Assembly: GCA_009392915.1 (NCBI GenBank)
Contig: CP045477.1
Coordinates: forward strand, 448,001-512,000
Source of the DNA: Candidatus Forterrea multitransposorum CG_2015-17_Forterrea_25_41
GTDB taxonomy: Archaea > Iainarchaeota > Iainarchaeia > Iainarchaeales > CSSED10-239
Length of the DNA stretch: 64,000 bases
Direction of reading: 5' to 3'
The notes under the pieces were generated by a model. The model worked only from the letters and a program-made list of their open reading frames with translations, was not told the origin of the DNA and did not search any database. Within the stretch, counting starts at the first letter, position 1. Every line of letters begins with the position of its first letter. Positions 57,560 through 64,000 of the stretch are shown here, piece by piece. A program made the translations under genes and the position numbers.

Positions 57560-58852
57560 TTAGAAGAAATTTTCATTCTTCTTAATTTCTGTCTTTCCAT
57601 ACATATAAGGAACTAAAACTTCAGGAACTTTTATGTTTCCTTCCTTTGTTTGGAAGTTTTCAATAATAGCAACTAAAGTTCTTTGAGTAGGTATAGCTGT
57701 ATTATTTAAAGTATGAACATAATACTTTTCCCCTTGCTTTGTTTTTCCTTTAATGTTAAGACCAATTGCTTGAGCTTCTGTAAGATTTGAACAAGAACCA
57801 AGCTCTATAAAACCATTTCTTCTTGGAGAATGTGCTTCTAAGTCTATTTGTCTGTATTTCATGTCACCTAAATCTCCAGAACAAATCTCTAAAATTCTTA
57901 TTGGAAGACCTAAGCCTTTAAAGATCTCTATAGAGTTATTTTTAAGTTCTTCAAATATTTTTTCAGATTCATCTGCTTTACAGATTACAACTTGCTCTAT
58001 CTTATCAAATTGATGAAGACGGAAAAGACCTCTTTCTTCAATACCATGAGCTCCAATCTCTTTTCTAAAACATGAAGTATAAGAGTAAAGTTTTAAAGGT
58101 AATTTTTCTTCAGGAATAGTCTTATCCATAAACATTGAGATTAATGGATGCTCTGAAGTTCCTATCATGTAAAGGTCTTCATTTTCTATTTTATAGACCA
58201 TATCTTTAAAGAAAGTAAAATCAATAACACCATCACATGCTTTTTTATTAATCATTAATGGTGGTAGGACGTATGTATATCCTTTCTTTGCTAAGATATC
58301 TTGAGCATACCTTATTAAAGCATTGTTAAGTAAAGCAAGATCTCCTAAAAGATAATAAAAGCCTTTACCAGAGTTATCTCTTGAAGAATCAAAGTCTACA
58401 ATGTTTAGTTTTTCTGCAATCTCAGCATGACCTTTTATTTCAAAATCAAAGTCTCTTATTTTCCCATACTCTTCAGTTACAACATTTTCTTTATCATCTT
58501 TACCTATTGGTGTTTCTTTACTTATAAGGTTTGGTATTTGATTTAAGAGCGTATCAATTTCTTCTTTTTGTGTTTTTAAAACAACATCCATTTCTTTTAT
58601 TTTTTCAGGTAAAGCTTTAACTTCAGCTAAGACATCGCTTGCATCTTGACCATTATGTTTTCTTTTTGCAACTTCTTCAGTTAAGATGTTTCTTTGATTT
58701 CTTAATTGATTTGCTTTTTTTAAAGTCTCTCTGTATTCTATATCTAAAGCAATTAATTTTTCTAGGGAAGAAACCTTATGCTCCTGGAATTTCTTCTTTA
58801 AGTTTTCAATAACTGCTTCTTTGTTTTCTCTTATATATTTTATGTCAAGCAT
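57560..58852 (-). CDS. serS: seryl-tRNA synthetase
   Basis: N-terminal coiled-coil arm, class II core (FRKEIGAHGIEERGLFRLHQFDKIEQ, GSCSNLTEAQAIGLN). Confidence 0.9.
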   Translation of the reverse strand: MLDIKYIRENKEAVIENLKKKFQEHKVSSLEKLIALDIEYRETLKKANQLRNQRNILTEEVAKRKHNGQDASDVLAEVKALPEKIKEMDVVLKTQKEEIDTLLNQIPNLISKETPIGKDDKENVVTEEYGKIRDFDFEIKGHAEIAEKLNIVDFDSSRDNSGKGFYYLLGDLALLNNALIRYAQDILAKKGYTYVLPPLMINKKACDGVIDFTFFKDMVYKIENEDLYMIGTSEHPLISMFMDKTIPEEKLPLKLYSYTSCFRKEIGAHGIEERGLFRLHQFDKIEQVVICKADESEKIFEELKNNSIEIFKGLGLPIRILEICSGDLGDMKYRQIDLEAHSPRRNGFIELGSCSNLTEAQAIGLNIKGKTKQGEKYYVHTLNNTAIPTQRTLVAIIENFQTKEGNIKVPEVLVPYMYGKTEIKKNENFF

Positions 58853-58943
58853 AGTAATTTCCTCCTTTTACACTTTTTATGTTAAAATATATATATATTT
58901 ATTATATCAAAACAAATATAAATAGAAAATAAAAAGAAAAAAC

Positions 58944-61592
58944 CTAAGATTCTATTTTCCAGAATCTTTTAGATTTGTTTATTTTCTTTAATAAATCATA
59001 AATAATTACAAAAAATAAACCAATAGAAATAGCAACAACCCATTCAATAAACATTAAAGGAGTTGTTCCAAAAGATACATTTAATGGAGTATAAATAATT
59101 ATAACTGTTGCAGCAATAGAAATTAAGGATGCATAAAATAAATATTTGTTAACTAATGGAGATCTATTTAAAACTCCTTTTCTAAAAGACCTAAAATTAA
59201 AAGCACCTAATATCTCAAGCATAATTAAAGTTAAAAGTGCAGTTGTTGCTGCATGAACTTGATTTAAACCTAAAATATTAAAAGTTATATAGTATACAGT
59301 TAAAGTAAATAATGTCATTAAGATACCAGAAAAGAAAAGTAAAATTAATAGATTTTTAGTTAAGATTTGTCTTTTAATTGGTTTCTCATTCATAATATCA
59401 TTTGAAGATGGATTAAACCCTAAAGCTATTGCTGGAAGATTATCAGTTACAATATTCATAAATAAAATTTGAAGTGGTAAAAGAATAGGTATTGGCCATC
59501 CAAAATTACTAGCAAGCAAAACACCAAAGATAACTATAAATAATTCAGAAAAATTACAAGAAAGTTGATAAGTCATAAACTTTCTAATATTTGTAAAAAT
59601 TGTTCTTCCTTCTTTTACAGCATAAACAATTGTTGCAAAATTATCATCCTTTAAAGTTAAATCAGCAACAGATCTTGAAACATCAGTTCCTGCAATACCC
59701 ATTGCAACTCCAACATGTGCTTCTTTTAAAGCAGGAGCATCATTTACACCATCTCCTGTCATGGTTACAATTTCTCCATTTTCTTTTAAAGCTTTAACAA
59801 TTCTTAATTTATGTTCAGGTCTTACTCTTGCAAAAACAGAAACATCTTTTATAATTTGTTTTAATTCTTCATCTGAAAAATCATCAATTTGAAAACCTTC
59901 TAAAACTTTTCCATCTAAAAGTCCAATTTCTTTTGCAATTGCAATTGCTGTTTCTTTATTATCACCAGTAATCATTTTAACATTTATACCAGCTCTTCTA
60001 CAAAGAGAAATTGTATCTTTAACTTCTTCTCTTGGAGGATCTTCCATTCCAACAAAACCAATAAATATTAATTCTGATTCAAGATCATTATAATTCTTAT
60101 CTTTATAAGCAAACGCTAAAGTCCTTAAAGCTCTTTTTGTCATTTCTTGGTTTTCTGCTAATATTTTTTTAACATCTGATTCTGTTATTTTATAGACTTT
60201 TTCATTTTTTAGAATATGTGTACATTTCTTTAAAACATATTCAATCGCACCCTTAACATACACTTCTTTATTTTCATCTTTAGAAATTAAAACACTCATC
60301 ATTTTTCTTTCAGAAGAAAATGGAATTTCTTCATCTCTAACAATATTAAAATCTTCTTTATAAATACCTGCTTTTGAAGCTAAAACTAAAAGAGAAGCTT
60401 CTGTTGGAGTTCCTGTAATTTTAAAATAATTTTCATTTTCAATTTCTGAAATATAAGAATCATTACAAAGAACTGAAGATTTTAAAAGAAGAGATAAATC
60501 TTTTTCTTTTACAAGATCAATTTCTTTTTTATTATTTAAAAATAAACCATGTTTTTCATAACCAACACCAGTAACATCAAATAATTTGTTATCAATATAT
60601 ATTTTTCTTACAGTCATTTCTCCTTTTGTAATAGTTCCTGTTTTATCTGAACAAATAACTGTTGTTTCTCCTAAAGTTTCAATGATTGACATTCTACTTA
60701 CAACTGCATTCTTTTGTGCCATTCTATAAGCACCTGAAGAAAGAGTAGTTACTAAAACAACAGGAAGACCTTCTGGGAAAGATGCAACTGAAATTGCAAT
60801 AACAAGTATCAATACTTCAACTATAACTTCACTTGTAATAACTGGAGACTTTAATAAAACTAGAATACCTGTTAAGATAGATAAAGAGAGACCAATAAAT
60901 GCAAGAACTTTTGTGATTTTATTTATTTTTTTCTGTAACAATATTTCTTTTTCGGTTCCAGAAATTAATTTTGCAATCTTTCCAAACTTTGTATTCATTC
61001 CTGTATGTGTAACTTTTAAAATAGCTTTTCCTGAAACTACAAAAGATCCCATAAAAGCTTTATTTTCATCAGTTAATTCTTTTTCAGTTGAGATTGTTTT
61101 TCTAACTTCTTTAGATTCTCCTGTAAGAATAGATTCATTTAAAGAAATATTTTTTTCACTTATCAAAACACCATCAGCAGGAACTCTTTCTCCTGTTCTT
61201 AAAATTAAATAATCTCCAGGCACAATTTCACTTGAAGGTATTTCTATTTCTTTTGAGTCTCTAATAACTAAAGAAACAGAAGTTATCATTTTTTTAAGAG
61301 CAGAAACTGCTTTTTCAGCTCTGTATTCTTGGAAAAAACCTACCCCCACAACTAAAAGGATAACTGCTATAACTGTATAACCAGTTGCTGTTTTTCCAAC
61401 TAAAAAAGATAAAAAAGAAGCTGCAAGTAAAAGATAAACTATAAAGTTTGATTTAACTTGTCTTAAAAGAATATCATACCATTTAATTTTATTTACTTCT
61501 ATGATTTCATTAAGACCATATTGTTTTAAATTTTCTTTAGCTTCCTTTGTAGTTAACCCTGTATACTTCATAAATATCTTTATTTTAAACAA
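58944..61592 (-). CDS. P-type cation-transporting ATPase (type II, Ca2+/cation)
   Basis: TGES, CSDKTGTIT phosphorylation site, KGA, MITGDN, GDGVNDAPALKEA; 10 TMs. Confidence 0.85.
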   Translation of the reverse strand: MFKIKIFMKYTGLTTKEAKENLKQYGLNEIIEVNKIKWYDILLRQVKSNFIVYLLLAASFLSFLVGKTATGYTVIAVILLVVGVGFFQEYRAEKAVSALKKMITSVSLVIRDSKEIEIPSSEIVPGDYLILRTGERVPADGVLISEKNISLNESILTGESKEVRKTISTEKELTDENKAFMGSFVVSGKAILKVTHTGMNTKFGKIAKLISGTEKEILLQKKINKITKVLAFIGLSLSILTGILVLLKSPVITSEVIVEVLILVIAISVASFPEGLPVVLVTTLSSGAYRMAQKNAVVSRMSIIETLGETTVICSDKTGTITKGEMTVRKIYIDNKLFDVTGVGYEKHGLFLNNKKEIDLVKEKDLSLLLKSSVLCNDSYISEIENENYFKITGTPTEASLLVLASKAGIYKEDFNIVRDEEIPFSSERKMMSVLISKDENKEVYVKGAIEYVLKKCTHILKNEKVYKITESDVKKILAENQEMTKRALRTLAFAYKDKNYNDLESELIFIGFVGMEDPPREEVKDTISLCRRAGINVKMITGDNKETAIAIAKEIGLLDGKVLEGFQIDDFSDEELKQIIKDVSVFARVRPEHKLRIVKALKENGEIVTMTGDGVNDAPALKEAHVGVAMGIAGTDVSRSVADLTLKDDNFATIVYAVKEGRTIFTNIRKFMTYQLSCNFSELFIVIFGVLLASNFGWPIPILLPLQILFMNIVTDNLPAIALGFNPSSNDIMNEKPIKRQILTKNLLILLFFSGILMTLFTLTVYYITFNILGLNQVHAATTALLTLIMLEILGAFNFRSFRKGVLNRSPLVNKYLFYASLISIAATVIIIYTPLNVSFGTTPLMFIEWVVAISIGLFFVIIYDLLKKINKSKRFWKIES

Positions 61593-61658
61593 AAATCAGT
61601 TGTTATAATATATGTTGTATATTATATTTATAAAGATATCTTTTAGAAATTATAAAAA

Positions 61659-63359
61659 TTAAACCTCTTCAAAATGAAGGTCTTCTCTGTTTTCAAAAGA
61701 AGAAATATGTTTAAACTTTTCTTCTAAAAATTTCTTTTTATTAAAACCGTGTTTTTCAATCATTGAAGAAATATGCTCTCCACCTAAAAGATCAGGCATA
61801 ATAACATGAGTTGCACCTTCTTTATAAAGACTAAAAGTATTCTCTACATTATTAGAAGTTACAATAATTATTAAATCTTTATTAATCTCTTTTATTTTAT
61901 TAATAAACATTATATTTGATTCATAACTAGAAATAATAGATATAACCATCTTAGTTTCTTTTAGATTAAGATCATCTAAAAGTTCCATGTTTGTAACATC
62001 CCCATAGATACATGGAATTCTTCTTCTTGTAAGTTTTTGAATAGTTAAAGGATCATAATCAACTATTAAAAAATTAATATTATTTCTTTTAAAATGTTTT
62101 AAAAGATCATGGCCTACTCTATCATAACCAAAGACAATAACATCGTGAGGTTTATCTTGATTGTAAGATGCATCATCAACTTTCTTTCCTTGTTTTTCAA
62201 ATATTTTTAAATATTTTGAAATATATGGAAAGATCTTATCAGCATAAATAATCATGTAACTTGAACCAGCCATTGTTATTAAACCAACAGCAGTAACTAA
62301 AGAAAGAATAGTAGTATCAACATGTCCTACAGTTACACCAAGAGCAACTAAAATTAAAGAAAATTCACTAATCTGTGCAACAGTTAAACCTGCTAAAAAA
62401 CCATTTCTTCTTGAATATCCTAATTTACCCATTAGAATAATAACAATTAAAGGATTTCCAATTAAAACAAATAAAGATAAAAGAATAATTGGTACAATGT
62501 ATAAACCTACACTTGAAAAATTCATTTGGTATCCTAAAAGTATAAAGAAAATTACAATAAAGAAATCTCTTATAGGTCTCATTCTAGAACTAATCTCATG
62601 CCTGTAAGGAGACATTGAAAGAGTCATTCCTGCTAAAAAAGCTCCAACTTCAATTGAGAAATTAAAAAAATGAAATACAGCAGATAAAATTAAAGCCCAA
62701 CTTATTGAAAAAAGAATTAAAAGTTCTTGAGATTTTGCTAAAAATTTTGTAAATCTTGGAAGAACATATAAACCTATTAAAAAGAAAATTACAACTAGTA
62801 AAATACCTATTAAAACAGTTTTTATAATTTCAAAAGTAATATTTGTTCCTTGAGAACCTGCAATTGAAGATACAACCATTAATATTAATACAGCTAAGAT
62901 GTCTTGAACTATTAAAAAACCAATAGAAATTTTACCATATAGTCTATTTGTATCTCCTCTATCAGAAAGAAGTTTCATAATAATAATAGTACTACTAAAG
63001 GTAAGAGCTATTGCAATATAAATAGAAATTACTGTTGAAAAACCTAAAAGTATAGATACTAAAAAACCTATTACAGAAGTAAAAATAACTTGACCTAAAC
63101 CAGTAATTAAAGAAACCTTTCCAACTTCTTTTATAATTTTTGGATTTAAGTGAAGCCCTACAACAAACAATAAAAGAGCAATACCAATTTTTGAAAATAA
63201 TTCAATTGTTGATATGTTTGATAAGATATTTAAAGCAGAAACAATAATTCCAGTAACAATATACCCTATAAGTAAAGGTTGTTTTAATTTTTGCATAATT
63301 AAACCAACTAAGGTTGCAATTCCGATAATAAGGGCAATTTCAAAAAATACTTGAATCAT
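61659..63359 (-). CDS. CPA2-family monovalent cation:proton antiporter with C-terminal RCK/TrkA-N domain (KefB-like)
   Basis: Roughly 12-TM Na_H_Exchanger domain plus C-terminal VIVFGYDRVGHDL Rossmann motif. Confidence 0.8.
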   Translation of the reverse strand: MIQVFFEIALIIGIATLVGLIMQKLKQPLLIGYIVTGIIVSALNILSNISTIELFSKIGIALLLFVVGLHLNPKIIKEVGKVSLITGLGQVIFTSVIGFLVSILLGFSTVISIYIAIALTFSSTIIIMKLLSDRGDTNRLYGKISIGFLIVQDILAVLILMVVSSIAGSQGTNITFEIIKTVLIGILLVVIFFLIGLYVLPRFTKFLAKSQELLILFSISWALILSAVFHFFNFSIEVGAFLAGMTLSMSPYRHEISSRMRPIRDFFIVIFFILLGYQMNFSSVGLYIVPIILLSLFVLIGNPLIVIILMGKLGYSRRNGFLAGLTVAQISEFSLILVALGVTVGHVDTTILSLVTAVGLITMAGSSYMIIYADKIFPYISKYLKIFEKQGKKVDDASYNQDKPHDVIVFGYDRVGHDLLKHFKRNNINFLIVDYDPLTIQKLTRRRIPCIYGDVTNMELLDDLNLKETKMVISIISSYESNIMFINKIKEINKDLIIIVTSNNVENTFSLYKEGATHVIMPDLLGGEHISSMIEKHGFNKKKFLEEKFKHISSFENREDLHFEEV

Positions 63360-63434
63360 GTTTTATACACTATTAATAACTTTTTATAAATATATAAAAA
63401 TATAATATAAAACATTTAAAAACAGAACTAATTA

Positions 63435-64000
63435 TTAGTTTTTAAAAATAAGAAACCTTCTTTTTTCAAGGAAAATATTTTTTTTAAAATAAAGATATAA
63501 ACCAAAAAATAATATTGAAAAACCAAGAAAATAACCAGCTAAAACATCTGTAAACCAGTGAATATTAATTATTATTCTTGAAAATCCCATAAAAATAAAT
63601 AATAGTAAAGAAATAATTGAAATAAATTTGTTATTTTTATAAAACAAGAAAAAAATAAAACCAAAAAGAACAACACCCATAGTTGCATGTCCACTTGGAA
63701 AACTTAAAGTTGTAAGAAAAAGATTATCAGGTCTAATTCTTCCAATAATGTGTTTTAAAGAATAAACTATTAAAAGATCTAAAAAAACTAAAACATAGAG
63801 AAGATTAATTTCTTTATGTTTATTTAATAAACTTAAATAAATAGTTAATAGAATAACAATTATTAAAACACCATAAACAGAACCAATTGCAGAGATTATT
63901 TTTGCAAAAGAATAAGTAAAAGTATTTGTTAAATCAACTGTGCTACTGCTTACAAAATTATCTAATGAATTTGTAAGATTTATTTTAAATAAAACTAATA
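63435..64000 (-). CDS. PAP2-family phosphatase (partial; N-terminus beyond the window end)
   Basis: Motif 3 SRIIINIHWFTDVLAG in the tracked ORF; manual upstream translation gives motif 2 FPSGHAT in the same frame, so the gene extends 5' past 63680. Confidence 0.55.
   Translation of the reverse strand, partial: LVLFKINLTNSLDNFVSSSTVDLTNTFTYSFAKIISAIGSVYGVLIIVILLTIYLSLLNKHKEINLLYVLVFLDLLIVYSLKHIIGRIRPDNLFLTTLSFPSGHATMGVVLFGFIFFLFYKNNKFISIISLLLFIFMGFSRIIINIHWFTDVLAGYFLGFSILFFGLYLYFKKNIFLEKRRFLIFKN

Overview
This window is very AT-rich and gene-dense, with short intergenic regions. Most genes are on the minus strand, and Shine-Dalgarno-like GGTGA or GGAGG motifs and TATA-like boxes sit upstream of many starts. 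The content looks archaeal and, by inference, DPANN-like. Archaeal-type markers are ribosomal protein L10e, archaeal/eukaryal AspRS, an NMD3 homolog, a beta-CASP aCPSF-type RNase, a THUMP Trm14-like methylase, a roughly 270-nt 7S/SRP RNA, four tRNAs without encoded CCA, class III (pilin-type) signal peptides and FlaI/FlaJ/FlaK-like pilus proteins. These are mixed with bacterial-type UvrA/UvrC, a bacterial-type ThrRS and many lineage-specific secreted or membrane proteins. Recognisable core genes are uvrC, uvrA, ftsZ, thrS, ndk, adk, aspS, serS, SMC, TrkA/TrkH, a P-type cation ATPase, a CPA2-RCK antiporter and DedA. RNA genes, all on the minus strand, are SRP RNA (about 8511-8776) and tRNA-Leu(CAA), tRNA-Ser(GCU), tRNA-Asp(GUC) and tRNA-Arg(CCU). 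The most interesting content is two type-IV-pilus-like modules. Locus A (20806-24036) encodes a catalytically intact FlaI/VirB11-type ATPase that carries an N-terminal 2x[4Fe-4S] ferredoxin-like domain, plus a split FlaJ/TadC-like membrane pair. Locus B (31291-40362) is a tight minus-strand operon. It encodes a prepilin peptidase, a 1116-aa FlaI paralog whose P-loop is lost and which carries a roughly 650-aa disordered N-terminal extension with five perfect 45-nt tandem repeats, a second split FlaJ pair, a DUF192 protein, and a pilin-like gene that is separated from a roughly 640-aa S/T-rich adhesin-like domain in the same frame by a single TAA. Other notable items are a tRNA-punctuated island of Cys-rich secreted proteins with a membrane-tethered wHTH regulator, an L10e with a K/A-rich histone-H1-like tail, a degenerate PRPP-synthetase paralog, and a DUF134/NifX-like/DUF5320 triad. 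No CRISPR array, rRNA or obvious transposase was seen.
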